Of a stretch of DNA of 64,000 nt, positions 19,980 to 30,656 are shown piece by piece. Origin of the DNA: Thermodesulfobacteriota bacterium (lineage in GTDB: Bacteria; Desulfobacterota; Binatia; Bin18). The stretch lies in NCBI GenBank assembly GCA_964291405.2, contig OZ219926.1, forward strand, positions 3,968,001 to 4,032,000, given 5' to 3'. Position numbers and translations under genes: made by a program. The stretch's first letter is position 1; each line of letters begins with the position of its first letter. The notes beneath the pieces are model-generated. The model saw only the letters and a program-made list of their open reading frames with translations. It searched no databases and was not told the origin of the DNA.

Positions 19980-20864
19980 CTACCGAAAGTGCTGGATGAG
20001 TTCCGCTCCCTTTTCCAAGATGGGCCACTGGACCTCAGGGGTGGCCGGCTCAATCAAAAAAACAATCCGGGTAAAACCGAGCGCAATCAGTTCGTGCAAC
20101 CGCTGCAAGGCATTCGGGGCCGCTTGTGCATATGCCGTCAAGACCCAGGTGATCACTGTCAAGTCGAAGGCATCCATTGCGCGCCCAACTCGGTCTGCCT
20201 CTATTTTGATGGCATTCAGCCCCTGGGTGAGTTCCTCCAGCCCTTCGACCAGACCATCAACCGGAAACCAGCCATCACAGTACTCGACGATGCGCCTGGG
20301 TGACCACGTGGAACTGGCTCCCAGAAGCACGGGCGGCCCTCCCGCTTGCACAGGTTTCGGCCAGCACCACATCGGATCAAAGTTGACGAACTGGCCGTGG
20401 AACTCGGCCACTTCCTTGGTCCATATCTCTCGCATGGCAAGAATGTTCTCTCTGGTGATCTTCCACCGGTTTTTGAATGCGACTCCGTGGTCGGCCATCT
20501 CCTCTGCGTTCCAGCCGGCGCCGATGCCAAACACGAAGCGCCCGTTGGCGACGCGGTCCAGACAGGCGACTGCTTTTGCCAAAGTAATCGGATGGTGTTC
20601 TGGGACGAGACAGACTGAGGTGCCAACCTTGAGCTTCTGGGTCACCGCGGCCGCGGCCGTCAGGCCAATAAAGGGGTCAAAAAACTCACTATAGTAATCT
20701 GGCAGGTCTCCACCGCCAGGGAACGGACTGAGGCGACTCGTCGGAATATGGGTATGTTCTCCAAAGAAGAGAGATTCAAAACCGTGCGCTTCCAGCCAGC
20801 GAGCAAAATCCACCGGTTGGATCGTGTAATGGGTGGGAATGGTCACAATGCCAAAATCTGTCAT
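19980..20864 (-). CDS. LLM-class putative F420-dependent oxidoreductase (Rv2161c-like)
   Basis: FGEHTHIP, DPFIGL, GIGAGWNAEEM, PKPVQ; AAGGAGG RBS before ATG 20864. Confidence 0.88.
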   Translation of the reverse strand: MTDFGIVTIPTHYTIQPVDFARWLEAHGFESLFFGEHTHIPTSRLSPFPGGGDLPDYYSEFFDPFIGLTAAAAVTQKLKVGTSVCLVPEHHPITLAKAVACLDRVANGRFVFGIGAGWNAEEMADHGVAFKNRWKITRENILAMREIWTKEVAEFHGQFVNFDPMWCWPKPVQAGGPPVLLGASSTWSPRRIVEYCDGWFPVDGLVEGLEELTQGLNAIKIEADRVGRAMDAFDLTVITWVLTAYAQAAPNALQRLHELIALGFTRIVFLIEPATPEVQWPILEKGAELIQHFR

Positions 20865-21060
20865 AGCTGTCCCTCCTTGGTGTGGATCGGTGTGGACGTG
20901 GCGAGCCACTCCCTGGCGATACGAGTGAGAGCGTGTTGTCTACCGTAATCTTGTCTCTCCTCAGCCTGGCTCAAACGATGTAGCAAGTATTGTGTACATG
21001 ACTATATATTATCGCCTGGCAGACTTTGTTGGAACATAGCGCGGGAAGAAAGGAACGAGT

Positions 21061-22185
21061 ATGCGACTTGGAATGTCGATGGTGTTGCAAAACCACACGC
21101 AGTACGATGACCGGGAGATGTACAAACAGGAGACGCGGCTGGCTCTCAAGGCCGAGGAATTCGGCTTTGATATTATATGGCCGGTTGAGCACCATTTCTT
21201 TGACTACGCGATGTGTCCCGACAATATGCAATATCTGAGCTATCTCGCCGCGCAAACAGAACGCATCCAACTCGCCACTGGGGTGATTATCTTACCTTGG
21301 AACGATCCTGTGCGGGTAGTGGAAAAAATGGTCTTGTTGGATCACCTGTCTGACGGTCGCGCCGTCCTGGGGCTTGGGCGCGGGCTTGCCCAGCGCGAAT
21401 ACCGTGGTTTTGGGGTTGATATGTCCGAAGCGCGTGATCGTTTTAATCAGGCCGCTGAGATTGTGCTCAGGGGATTGGAAGACGGGGTCGTTGAGGCCGA
21501 CACGCCCTATTATAAACAAGAGCGGGTTGAGGTGCGCCCGCGCCCGCTTCAGAGCTTCAAAGATCGCCGCTATATGGTCTGTATGTCGCCAGAATCATTC
21601 GAGGTGGCCGCCCGATTAGGTCTCGGCGCGATGATGTTCTCCCAGGCTGCCTGGGATCAAGTCGCAGACTCTATCTGGCAGTACCGAGAGATGTATCGCG
21701 CGTATCACCATGGCGCAGACGCTCCGCCTGTGACCTGCGGCGATTTCGTGGCGTGCTATGAAGAGAGCCGCCAGGCCGAAGAGGTCGCCCGGAAACATAT
21801 CGTCGGCTACTACTGGGCGGTGATGGAACATTATGAGATGCTGGGAGAACATTTTGCGAAAGCTGGGAAATCATACCGACACTATGCGCGGATCGCAGAG
21901 ATGATGCAGCAGCTTGACCCGGATGTTGCTATTGAGGGCTTTCTGAATGCGAATTTATGGGGCAATCCTGACACGCTGCTGAAAAAGCTTGAGCGCCGCC
22001 GTGAGCTTATTGGCGACTTTGAGGTAATCGGCTGTTTTAGCTATCAAAGCCAGCCGTACCAACAGGTGGAACGCTGTATGCAATTATTTGCCAGAGAGGT
22101 CGGTCCAGAACTCAAAAGCTGGACACCGCAGCCGCGCTCAGCGCCGGTTGATACTGAGGTGGTAATAACGAATATCGCGGAGTGA
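21061..22185 (+). CDS. LLM-class flavin-dependent oxidoreductase
   Basis: VEHHF, LDHLSDGRAVLGLGRG. Confidence 0.88.
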   Translation: MRLGMSMVLQNHTQYDDREMYKQETRLALKAEEFGFDIIWPVEHHFFDYAMCPDNMQYLSYLAAQTERIQLATGVIILPWNDPVRVVEKMVLLDHLSDGRAVLGLGRGLAQREYRGFGVDMSEARDRFNQAAEIVLRGLEDGVVEADTPYYKQERVEVRPRPLQSFKDRRYMVCMSPESFEVAARLGLGAMMFSQAAWDQVADSIWQYREMYRAYHHGADAPPVTCGDFVACYEESRQAEEVARKHIVGYYWAVMEHYEMLGEHFAKAGKSYRHYARIAEMMQQLDPDVAIEGFLNANLWGNPDTLLKKLERRRELIGDFEVIGCFSYQSQPYQQVERCMQLFAREVGPELKSWTPQPRSAPVDTEVVITNIAE

Positions 22186-22231
22186 TACCCGCGGAGATAC
22201 CGAGGAAATTAAGGAGAGAGGAGAGTAGAGC

Positions 22232-22993
22232 ATGGCAGGACAGTTGGATGGAAAAGTCGCACTCATCACGGGCGCGGGTTCGGGGATTGGTCGGGCGTCG
22301 GCTTTGGCGTTTGCGCGTGAAGGAGCCAAAGTCGCGGTTGCCGATATCGTGGTTGAGGGCGGCGAAGAGACAGTACGCATGGTTAAAGAGGCTGGTGGTG
22401 AGGCATTCTTCATCAAGGTCGATGTCTCAGACGCGGCGGATGTCGAGGCTATGGTGAACACTGTGGTGGACACCTACGGCCGCATTGACTGCGCCTATAA
22501 TAACGCGGGGATCGAAGGGCGGCTGGCTTCGACGGATGAATATCCCGAAGACGTGTTTGACAAAGTGATCGACATTAATCTGACCGGCGTGTGGCTGTGC
22601 ATGAAATATGAGTTGCCGCATATGCTCAAGCAGGGCAGCGGGGCGATTGTGAATACGGCCTCGGGGGCCGGTTTGATCGGGGTGGCCGGCATGTCGGCCT
22701 ATGTGGCGAGCAAGCACGGTGTGGTTGGATTGACCAAAACCGCAGCCCTGGAATACGCCAAGTCCGGCATCCGGGTGAACGCCGTCTGTCCTGGGCTGAT
22801 TCAGACGCCGATGGTGGAGCGCATCACCGCTGATCAGCCTCAATTAGGTGAAGCCCTGGTTGCGGCCGAGCCGGTCGGTCGAACGGGCAAACCGGAGGAA
22901 ATCGCCGAATCCGTAGTCTGGTTGAGTTCGGACGCGGCCTCGTTTGTGACCGGCCACGCCATGTCGGTCGATGGTGGCTATGTCGCCCAGTAG
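22232..22993 (+). CDS. SDR family oxidoreductase
   Basis: TGAGSGIG, NNAG, YVASKHG; paralog of 7416 and 19209. Confidence 0.93.
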   Translation: MAGQLDGKVALITGAGSGIGRASALAFAREGAKVAVADIVVEGGEETVRMVKEAGGEAFFIKVDVSDAADVEAMVNTVVDTYGRIDCAYNNAGIEGRLASTDEYPEDVFDKVIDINLTGVWLCMKYELPHMLKQGSGAIVNTASGAGLIGVAGMSAYVASKHGVVGLTKTAALEYAKSGIRVNAVCPGLIQTPMVERITADQPQLGEALVAAEPVGRTGKPEEIAESVVWLSSDAASFVTGHAMSVDGGYVAQ

Positions 22994-23068
22994 TAGGGGC
23001 ACGTAACCAGGTGAAACAATCGGTGGTTTGAACAGGGGCCCTGGATATGGCGAAAGGGAGGAATAGTC

Positions 23069-23611
23069 ATGGAAGCACCGCTGTGGTTATTGCTCGGCTG
23101 GGGCGGGGTTGGCGCTATAGATTTTGTCTATAATCACATCTATCGCTACCGCCTCTACGCCCACGCCTCCAGTTTTCGCGAGCATGGTGTCCACACCCTG
23201 CTCGCCCTGGTTCTCACTGCTACGGTGGTGATGCTGGTCTTTATTGAAATGGGGAGCGTCGGCTTTGCCCTCTTTCTCGGCATCCAGGCCCTCGCCGTGA
23301 TCTTTACCCTGTGGGATGTATCAATTGAGCGAGCGTCGCGGGCACCCCTGGGAGGATTGCCGACGCACGAATATGTGTTGCATACGGTTATTTTTCTGTT
23401 GCATGGAGCCTTTGTGTGGGCAGTGATTGCCAACGCCCATCAGTTAGTTCACGGCGTGGGATTCGGGGTATGGCGTTGGCCGCCACTCCCCCTGTTTTTG
23501 CTTGTTGAGGCGGTGATCTTTGCGCTTGTCGGAGCCGGCGTCTGTGTCTTACACCTCTACCTGCTCGGCGTGGGCTACCGAACGCTCAAAACAGGAGCTG
23601 CGACTGGCTGA
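23069..23611 (+). CDS. Hypothetical membrane protein (about 5 TM)
   Basis: GGAGG RBS; hydrophobic helices with His/Glu motifs (DFVYNH, REH, HEYVLH). Confidence 0.7.
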   Translation: MEAPLWLLLGWGGVGAIDFVYNHIYRYRLYAHASSFREHGVHTLLALVLTATVVMLVFIEMGSVGFALFLGIQALAVIFTLWDVSIERASRAPLGGLPTHEYVLHTVIFLLHGAFVWAVIANAHQLVHGVGFGVWRWPPLPLFLLVEAVIFALVGAGVCVLHLYLLGVGYRTLKTGAATG

Positions 23612-23634
23612 TGTAAGCGCTCCTTCTCCTGGGA

Positions 23635-24738
23635 CTACGGCACTCTTCCCGGCAGCGGACTGGCCCCGATGACGCTGCGCGGGGTTTTGAACTTCGGAAT
23701 AACGTATTTACCGATAAGTTTGATCGAGCGCATGATCTGTTCATGCGTCCCGTCCAAGCGCATGATCACCTCATCCGCGCCAACTTCCTGGTAGCGTCGA
23801 ATCCGCTCTATGAATACGTCCGGGTCGCCGACGAGAACGGACGTCTCGTTGCGGAGCCAGTCAAGGTCTCGGGAGCGGTCTCGGATTTTTTCCAATTCCA
23901 GCATATAGGCGTAGGATTTCGCCTGACGACCGAGGTCGGGATAAAAGGACTCGATGACTGGCGTGGCAAAGTTGAGAATTGACTCTCGGGTCTCTTCGAC
24001 CGCCTGGGCCGTGGTCTCGGCGCAGGCGCAGTTGAGCGTGACCGCACTCAGACAGTTGGTCACGAACGCTCCCACCGGCTCCGCCTGCTGAATCTGCTCT
24101 TTATACAGCCGGGCGCTTTTCTCAAAATAGTCCCAGCCCATATACATATCCCACGACAGGGCTCCGATCCCCTTGCTGGCCGCAATCTCGTGCGAGTCCG
24201 GGGATTGGGCAACCATATAGACGGGAGGGTGGGGGTCTTGCACAGGCTTGGGCGTGAGCGAGCGGGGCGGAATCTGAAAATACTTGCCCTCGTGCGAAAA
24301 GGGATCATCCTTGAAGGCTTTCAGCACGATTTCGAGCGCTTCTTCCCAGCGGGCGCGCGTTTCATCGAGCGGACAGGCAAAGCCCTCAAGCTGGACCAAG
24401 GTGTTGGCCCGTCCCGTTCCAAATTCCGCCCGCCCGTTTGAGACAATATCCAGCGTTGCCAGGCGCTCGGCCACGCGAATCGGATGGTTGAACGGAAAGG
24501 GCAGGATGACGACCATGTGGCGCAGCCGAATGCGGCTGGTGCGCATGGCAATGGCCGGATAGAAAACCTCGGGAGCCGAGACCGTGGCCAGGCCGACCAG
24601 AAAATGCTGCTCTGAGGTGCCGAAGAAATCAAACCCCATCTCTTCGGCCAGGATGACTTCGTCCATGACCTCCCAATAGCGTCGGTGATGGGTGGTCCCT
24701 TCCGGTGTCTCACATTCCGACAGAAAGCCAAATCGCAT
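23635..24738 (-). CDS. LLM-class flavin-dependent oxidoreductase
   Basis: SEQHF, LDIVSNGRAEFGTGR, PKPVQDPHPP. Confidence 0.88.
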   Translation of the reverse strand: MRFGFLSECETPEGTTHHRRYWEVMDEVILAEEMGFDFFGTSEQHFLVGLATVSAPEVFYPAIAMRTSRIRLRHMVVILPFPFNHPIRVAERLATLDIVSNGRAEFGTGRANTLVQLEGFACPLDETRARWEEALEIVLKAFKDDPFSHEGKYFQIPPRSLTPKPVQDPHPPVYMVAQSPDSHEIAASKGIGALSWDMYMGWDYFEKSARLYKEQIQQAEPVGAFVTNCLSAVTLNCACAETTAQAVEETRESILNFATPVIESFYPDLGRQAKSYAYMLELEKIRDRSRDLDWLRNETSVLVGDPDVFIERIRRYQEVGADEVIMRLDGTHEQIMRSIKLIGKYVIPKFKTPRSVIGASPLPGRVP

Positions 24739-24861
24739 GAGCGCGCCCTCCTTTTGGAAGCCATTAGCCCCGGCGGTGGCAGCGTGTCAACCTTGCTGGA
24801 AATCGTTCGAGCGCTGTAATCGCTTGACCTGGCGGATGAGTGGACGGTGGCGTCGGTACGA

Positions 24862-25956
24862 CTAGGCTGGCACAATCAGCGCTTTGATCGTCTCCTGTCG
24901 CTCCACGGCTTCGAGGGCTTGCTGACTCTCTTCGATCGCGAAACGGTGAGTGATCGCCTCGGCCATAGGAAAGTCGGCGTGATGCGCCTGGGCAACCCGG
25001 ACGGCCTCGTAGTAGTGCTGCGGCTGGGTTAAGGCCGAGCCAATGATGCTGAGGTTGCGATTATTGATATATCGCGGGTCAATGGGAATCTCTCCATGTC
25101 CTGACCAGAGGCCGACAATCACATAGCGCCCGTTCGGGGCGGCGAGTTTCACCCCCTCGGCAAAGGCCGAATACGCTCCGGCCGCCTCAATCACCACATC
25201 CGCTCCCCGACCGTCGGTCAGCTCATAGACTTGGGCAATCCGGTCCTTTTCATCAGACAGGGTTTCAAAATTAATCGTGGTCTGGGCACCCAGCCGGCGG
25301 GCCATCGCTAAACGATGGTCTGGCGCACCGATGGTGATGACCGTTTTTGCGCCGGACAGATGGCTGAGCAGGGTGGCGGCTAGGCCAACCGGCCCGCAGC
25401 CCTGGACCACGACGGTTTGATTGGGTGCGAGGCCGCCCAAACGCTCGAATGCCTGGATCATCGTCGGCATGGCACAGCCAAAAGCAATAACCGGCTCGGA
25501 CGGGGTGTCGTCCGGAATTTTATAGAAACACATGCCGGAGGGGAGCCAAGCGTAGTCCGTATACGTATTCCAGGTGGGCTCATCGGCTCCACTGAAGAGC
25601 ACCAGGTTTTCACACAGCGAAAAGTCTTTGGCTATCGTGCAGTAATAGCAGTGATGGCAGGGTCGGATGGGGCCCCAGTAAACACGATCACCGACGCTGA
25701 GTGGAAGACCGGCATGATCCGTGATGACGCCTTTGCCCAACTCTTCAACCAGGCCAACGCCCTCATGACCCAGGACAACGGGCAGGGGCGGAGAGGCATG
25801 CCCGCGCCATAAATGCACATCCGTCCCGCACACGCCGCCCATCTGCATCCGCAACAGCACCCCGCCCGGCTCCGGGGCCGGGAATTCACGTTCCCAGACT
25901 TCGATGGGCTGATCCACCCCAACAATCATGGCTTGCTTCCCGAGGCGTTGTGTCAT
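24862..25956 (-). CDS. Zinc-binding alcohol dehydrogenase (MDR family)
   Basis: GVCGTD, GHEG, CxxCxxC...C, GCGPVG; AGGAGG RBS before ATG 25956. Confidence 0.9.
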   Translation of the reverse strand: MTQRLGKQAMIVGVDQPIEVWEREFPAPEPGGVLLRMQMGGVCGTDVHLWRGHASPPLPVVLGHEGVGLVEELGKGVITDHAGLPLSVGDRVYWGPIRPCHHCYYCTIAKDFSLCENLVLFSGADEPTWNTYTDYAWLPSGMCFYKIPDDTPSEPVIAFGCAMPTMIQAFERLGGLAPNQTVVVQGCGPVGLAATLLSHLSGAKTVITIGAPDHRLAMARRLGAQTTINFETLSDEKDRIAQVYELTDGRGADVVIEAAGAYSAFAEGVKLAAPNGRYVIVGLWSGHGEIPIDPRYINNRNLSIIGSALTQPQHYYEAVRVAQAHHADFPMAEAITHRFAIEESQQALEAVERQETIKALIVPA

Positions 25957-26028
25957 TGGTCTGACCCTCCTGTGTGTACGGCTGGTACGCGTTTGGCAAT
26001 GGCGAGACGCTTGCCCAGCCTTTTGGTT

Positions 26029-26082
26029 TGTCATATCCGCCGGTCGGACCCAAGCGTCAAACTGTTCTGGGGTGAGATGCCC
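26029..26082 (-). pseudogene. Fossil 3' end of a second class II fumarase
   Basis: GHLTPEQFDAWVRPADMT vs FumC C-terminus [18 protein letters not shown] (11/18 identical). Confidence 0.7.
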
Positions 26083-26121
26083 GTGGCATATCACGAGTGG
26101 GATTGGCTGAGAAGTGAGGAC

Positions 26122-26142
26122 GTAGCCCGGATGTAATCCGGC
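26122..26142. repeat. GTAG-type REP-like palindrome
   Basis: GTAGCCCGGATGTAATCCGGC. Confidence 0.55.
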
Positions 26143-26379
26143 TGGAATATCATCCGAGCGTGGGGTCTGAAAGCGGTTTCCCCTGACGTTAAGGAGCTGC
26201 TGCTCTCTCACGCAGGGTCAGCGTGCCTGTAGGGGCTTCGCCTCTATCGGGCTAGACAGGTTTGGTAAATTTTGGCATCCTGCCCTTCTTTAGACGACAG
26301 GAAAGCGTTTTTGTGGTACGCAACGTGGCTTCGTTTTCCTCCGTAGCCTGTCACCACATGATCATTTGGAGCATAAGGC

Positions 26380-27327
26380 ATGGCACGTAAGAAAATCGCA
26401 CTGATCGGCGCGGGCAACATCGGTGGCACCCTTGCTCATCTGTGCGCCCTCAAAGGACTCGGAGATGTCGTTCTGTACGACGTGATTGACGGACTGCCAC
26501 AGGGCAAGGCCCTGGATCTGCTTGAAGCCGGGCCGATCGAGGGCTACGACGTCAATCTCGTTGGGACCACAAGTTATACCGAGATTCAAGATGCTGACGT
26601 CTGTATTGTCACCGCTGGGCTGGCGCGCAAACCGGGTATGAGCCGAGATGATTTGCTGGGAATCAACTGCAAAATCATGCGAGAAGTCTCGGAGAACATT
26701 GCAAAATATGCTCCCAACAGCCTTCTCATCGTTATTACTAACCCGCTTGATGCAATGGTGACCTTGGCCAAGCGGGTCACTGGGTTTCCCAAGAACCGGG
26801 TCGTTGGCCAAGCCGGGGTGCTCGATTCGTCCCGCTATCGGACCTTCATTGCCCAAGAGCTGAACGTGTCCGTCCAAAATGTCACGGCTATGGTCTTAGG
26901 CGGGCATGGCGACGATATGGTGCCGGTGCGCAGCTACTGCCAGGTAGCCGGTATCCCGATCGAGCGGCTGATCTCGGCTGAGCGGCTCGAGGAGATTGAG
27001 AATCGGGTGCGTCAAGCCGGAGGGGAAATCGTGGCCCTGCTTAAGACCGGCTCAGCATTCTATTCTCCAGCCTCTGCAGCGATTCAGATGACTGAGGCGT
27101 ATCTGTACGATAAGAAGCAGATCCTGCCCTGTGCGGCCTATCTCGAAGGAGAGTATGGGATTGAGGGCGTGTATTTTGGCGTGCCGGTGAGCATCGGCGC
27201 TGGGGGTGTCGAGCGGGTCGTGGACATTGCGTTGAGCGACAAGGAGAAGCAGGAGATGCAGGTGTCGGTCAGTCATGTACAGGAACTGATTGCCGCGATG
27301 GACAATGTGTTGGCGCAAAGCGCATAG
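26380..27327 (+). CDS. mdh: Malate dehydrogenase (LDH-like)
   Basis: [32 protein letters not shown]. Confidence 0.96.
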   Translation: MARKKIALIGAGNIGGTLAHLCALKGLGDVVLYDVIDGLPQGKALDLLEAGPIEGYDVNLVGTTSYTEIQDADVCIVTAGLARKPGMSRDDLLGINCKIMREVSENIAKYAPNSLLIVITNPLDAMVTLAKRVTGFPKNRVVGQAGVLDSSRYRTFIAQELNVSVQNVTAMVLGGHGDDMVPVRSYCQVAGIPIERLISAERLEEIENRVRQAGGEIVALLKTGSAFYSPASAAIQMTEAYLYDKKQILPCAAYLEGEYGIEGVYFGVPVSIGAGGVERVVDIALSDKEKQEMQVSVSHVQELIAAMDNVLAQSA

Positions 27328-27409
27328 TGCCAGTAGAATAGATCATCTGGACGAAGTAGAAGTGCTCTCATCTCCATAAAGCTCAGGACAAGCAAGCATA
27401 AGGGAAAGT

Positions 27410-29167
27410 ATGGCACCAGTACATGACATACTCATTATAGGGGGCGGAGGAGCAGGACTCCGCGCTGCCATTGCCGCCGCCGAAATAAATCCTCAGCTTG
27501 ACATCGCGCTCGTCTCCAAAGTCTACCCGATGCGCAGCCATACGGTTGCAGCTGAGGGTGGAACAGCCGCCGTCATTAAAGAGAATGACAGCCTGGAAGA
27601 CCATATTAACGACACGATTACCGGTTCCGACTGGATGGCGGACCAGGATGCCGTCGAGCTCTTTGTCAATGAAGCCCCCGCCGAGCTCATCCAATTGGAG
27701 CACTGGGGATGCCCCTGGAGCCGCGAGCCCGACGGCCGTGTCGCCGTACGCCCGTTTGGCGGGATGCGGATCGAGCGGACCTGGTTTGCCGCCGACAAGA
27801 CCGGTTTCCACATGCTGCACGCCCTGTTCCAAACATCCCTGAAGTACACCACCATCAAGCGCTATGACGAGTGTTTTGCTACTACATTACTAGTAGAAAA
27901 CGACCGCTGTCAGGGAGTGACCGCTGTTGAACTGCGCAGCGGTATGGTGCAGCCGATTCTCGCCAAGGCAGTTATTATGTGTACAGGGGGGGCTGGCCGG
28001 ATCTTTCCCTTTACAACCAACGGGTCTATCAAGACTGGCGATGGCATGGCCTTGGCCTACCGAGCTGGGGTGCCACTGAAGGACATGGAGTTCGTTCAGT
28101 ACCATCCTACCGGCCTACCAGGGACAGGGATCCTGATCACCGAAGCCGCCCGTGGCGAGGGGGGGATTCTCGTTAATAAGAACGGCTACCGCTACTTACA
28201 GGACTACGACTTGGGCAAGCCGCTGGATGTCAACGATCCCGGCCACCCGCAGAAACGGACCATGGAGCTCGGTCCGCGCGACAAGCTGTCGCAGTGCTTT
28301 GTCAAAGAGCACGACAAGGGCAACACCTTGCCGGGGCCCTACGGTGACGTGGTCCACCTCGATATCCGTCACCTCGGCGAGCAAAAGATCGACAAGAAGA
28401 TCCCCTTTGTGCGTGAGCTGGCCACGAACTATGCGGGTATTGATCCGGTCTACGAGCCCATTCCGGTCCGGCCGGTGGTGCACTATATGATGGGTGGGAT
28501 CCATACCGATATTGAGACTGCGACCCCGCTGTCGGGTCTGTTCGCGGCTGGCGAGTGTGCGTGTGTCAGCCTCAACGGGGCCAACCGACTCGGCTCGAAC
28601 TCACTCACCGAACTCCTAGTGTTTGGCGCCAGGGCTGGCCGGGCGGCTGCCGCGTTTGCCCAGGAACAGCCAGGGTGTGACACTCAGGCCCTTGAGGCCC
28701 AAGCCAAAGACGAGCAAACGCGTATCCAGCAGCAGTTCATCAACAAGACGGGTGGCACCGAGCGCATCGCCAGCCTGCGCACCGAGATGACGAAGACCAT
28801 GGAGGCTGGGGCTGGCATTTATCGGACCCAGGACTCGCTGCAAGAGACCTGTGATAAGGTGTCCGAACTCAAGGAGCGATTTGCCAATATCACCCTTGAT
28901 GATCGCAGTTTGACCTTTAATACCGACTTAACTGCAGCGCTGGAGTTGGAATGTATGCTGGATGTGGCCGAGGCCGTGGCCTATTCCGCAGTCGCGCGGA
29001 AAGAGTCGCGCGGCTCTCACCAGCGCATTGACCACCCCCAGCGCGACGACGAAAACTTCCTGGCCCACTCTATGGCCTACCGAACCGATGACGGTCCGCC
29101 ACGCATCGAGTACCGGGATGTGGTCATCACCCGTTGGCCCCCTGCTGAACGTAAATATGGAGATTAA
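27410..29167 (+). CDS. frdA: Fumarate reductase/succinate dehydrogenase flavoprotein
   Basis: [11 protein letters not shown] covalent-FAD motif, [22 protein letters not shown]. Confidence 0.93.
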   Translation: MAPVHDILIIGGGGAGLRAAIAAAEINPQLDIALVSKVYPMRSHTVAAEGGTAAVIKENDSLEDHINDTITGSDWMADQDAVELFVNEAPAELIQLEHWGCPWSREPDGRVAVRPFGGMRIERTWFAADKTGFHMLHALFQTSLKYTTIKRYDECFATTLLVENDRCQGVTAVELRSGMVQPILAKAVIMCTGGAGRIFPFTTNGSIKTGDGMALAYRAGVPLKDMEFVQYHPTGLPGTGILITEAARGEGGILVNKNGYRYLQDYDLGKPLDVNDPGHPQKRTMELGPRDKLSQCFVKEHDKGNTLPGPYGDVVHLDIRHLGEQKIDKKIPFVRELATNYAGIDPVYEPIPVRPVVHYMMGGIHTDIETATPLSGLFAAGECACVSLNGANRLGSNSLTELLVFGARAGRAAAAFAQEQPGCDTQALEAQAKDEQTRIQQQFINKTGGTERIASLRTEMTKTMEAGAGIYRTQDSLQETCDKVSELKERFANITLDDRSLTFNTDLTAALELECMLDVAEAVAYSAVARKESRGSHQRIDHPQRDDENFLAHSMAYRTDDGPPRIEYRDVVITRWPPAERKYGD

Positions 29168-29169
29168 TC

Positions 29170-29916
29170 ATGGCTGAGCCCAGCATCACGCTTGAGGTCT
29201 TCCGCTACCGACCGGAGGTCGAGCAAGAACCGACCTTCCAAAGCTACACTGTGCCCTACCGCGAGGACTGGGTTGTCCTGGATGCGCTCAACTATATTAA
29301 GGATGAGGTAGATGGCAGTTTGTCCTATCGCTGGTCCTGCCATATGGGCGTGTGCGGCAGCTGTGGAATGATGGTTAATGACGAGCCGAAGCTCAGCTGC
29401 GCGGCCTTTCTCAGAGACTATTATCCCCGGCCGATTCGGGTCGAACCGCTGGCGAATTTTCCGGTCGAGCGCGACCTGATCATCAACATGGATGACTTCA
29501 TGCACAAGCTCCAAGATGTCCAGCCGTGGATCATCCGCGAGGAAGAGAAACCAGTTTCGGAGGGGGAGTATTTGCAGAGCCCGGCCGAACTGGCCAGCTA
29601 CAAACAGTTCAGCATGTGTATCAACTGCATGTTGTGCTACGCTGCCTGCCCGGTCTACGGTCTGGAGCCAGACTTCGTTGGCCCGGCGGCGATTGCCCTG
29701 GCTCAGCGCTACAACCTCGACTCCCGTGATCAGGGCCAGGACGCCAGGCGAGAGGTCATCTCAAAGCATGAAGGGGTGTGGGAGTGTACCTTTGTGAGCG
29801 AGTGTTCTGTCGTCTGCCCCAAGCACGTGGACCCGGCTGGTGCGATCCAGCAGGCCAAGGCTTCCGGAGCCATTGACTGGTTCAAGTCCATGCTGCTGCC
29901 GAGGGGATCACAATGA
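29170..29916 (+). CDS. frdB: Fumarate reductase iron-sulfur subunit
   Basis: [34 protein letters not shown]. Confidence 0.93.
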   Translation: MAEPSITLEVFRYRPEVEQEPTFQSYTVPYREDWVVLDALNYIKDEVDGSLSYRWSCHMGVCGSCGMMVNDEPKLSCAAFLRDYYPRPIRVEPLANFPVERDLIINMDDFMHKLQDVQPWIIREEEKPVSEGEYLQSPAELASYKQFSMCINCMLCYAACPVYGLEPDFVGPAAIALAQRYNLDSRDQGQDARREVISKHEGVWECTFVSECSVVCPKHVDPAGAIQQAKASGAIDWFKSMLLPRGSQ

Positions 29917-30302
29917 GTGAACCGTACCACCGCCCGATATCCGCGACCACCTGGTGGCTGAGCAAGCGCAACTATGTGCTCTTTATGCTGCGCGAGTTGA
30001 CCAGCGTGCTCATTGCCGCCTTTCTGGTTGTTTACCTCATGCAGCTTGCCGCGCTTGCCCAAGGAGCCGAGGCGTATGTGGCAGCGGTCGAGCGGCTGGC
30101 CTCACCGGGCTGGATTGTTTTTCACCTCCTGGTGCTGATTGCCGCCCTCTACCACAGCATCACCTGGTTCAACCTGACCCCCCAAGTCATTATCGTGCGC
30201 CGGGGAGAAGAGCGTGTGCCGCCGGTCGTTATCGCCGGCTCCCACTACCTAGCGTGGTTGGCGGTGTCGGTCGTGATCATGTTGATTGTCCTGGGGAGCT
30301 GA
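29913..30302 (+). CDS. frdC: Fumarate reductase membrane anchor C
   Basis: [29 protein letters not shown]; 3 TM. Confidence 0.9.
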   Translation: MSEPYHRPISATTWWLSKRNYVLFMLRELTSVLIAAFLVVYLMQLAALAQGAEAYVAAVERLASPGWIVFHLLVLIAALYHSITWFNLTPQVIIVRRGEERVPPVVIAGSHYLAWLAVSVVIMLIVLGS

Positions 30303-30306
30303 AGAT

Positions 30307-30642
30307 ATGGCGAAGTCGGGCGAAGCGTTTTGGTGGTCTCTGTTTTCGGCCGGGGGGATGGTTGCCGCTCTCCTGGTGCCGATTCACGTCGTGCTGGGCG
30401 GCATCATGGCTCCCTTGGGTTTGGTCTCGGCCGAAACCCTGAGTAGCCTGGTTTCCCATCCGCTGACCAAGCTCTACCTATTGGTCCTCTTCTCATTGAC
30501 TTTTTTCCACTGCGTGCACCGTATCCGCCATACCCTGTACGATACCGGCCTGCGCGGCTATCAGACGCCTATTGCGGTCATCTGCTATGGCGCGGCGATT
30601 ATTGGTACGGTGGCGACGATCTTTGTCCTCGTGTCGATTTAA
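30307..30642 (+). CDS. frdD: Fumarate reductase membrane anchor D
   Basis: [20 protein letters not shown]; 3 TM. Confidence 0.9.
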   Translation: MAKSGEAFWWSLFSAGGMVAALLVPIHVVLGGIMAPLGLVSAETLSSLVSHPLTKLYLLVLFSLTFFHCVHRIRHTLYDTGLRGYQTPIAVICYGAAIIGTVATIFVLVSI

Positions 30643-30656
30643 GTGAAGGGCTGTAT

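Noticed and set aside
25957-26211. 85-aa N-terminal extension of the Zn-dehydrogenase
   Set aside because: A strong RBS precedes ATG 25956; the extension is a REP plus a fumC fossil
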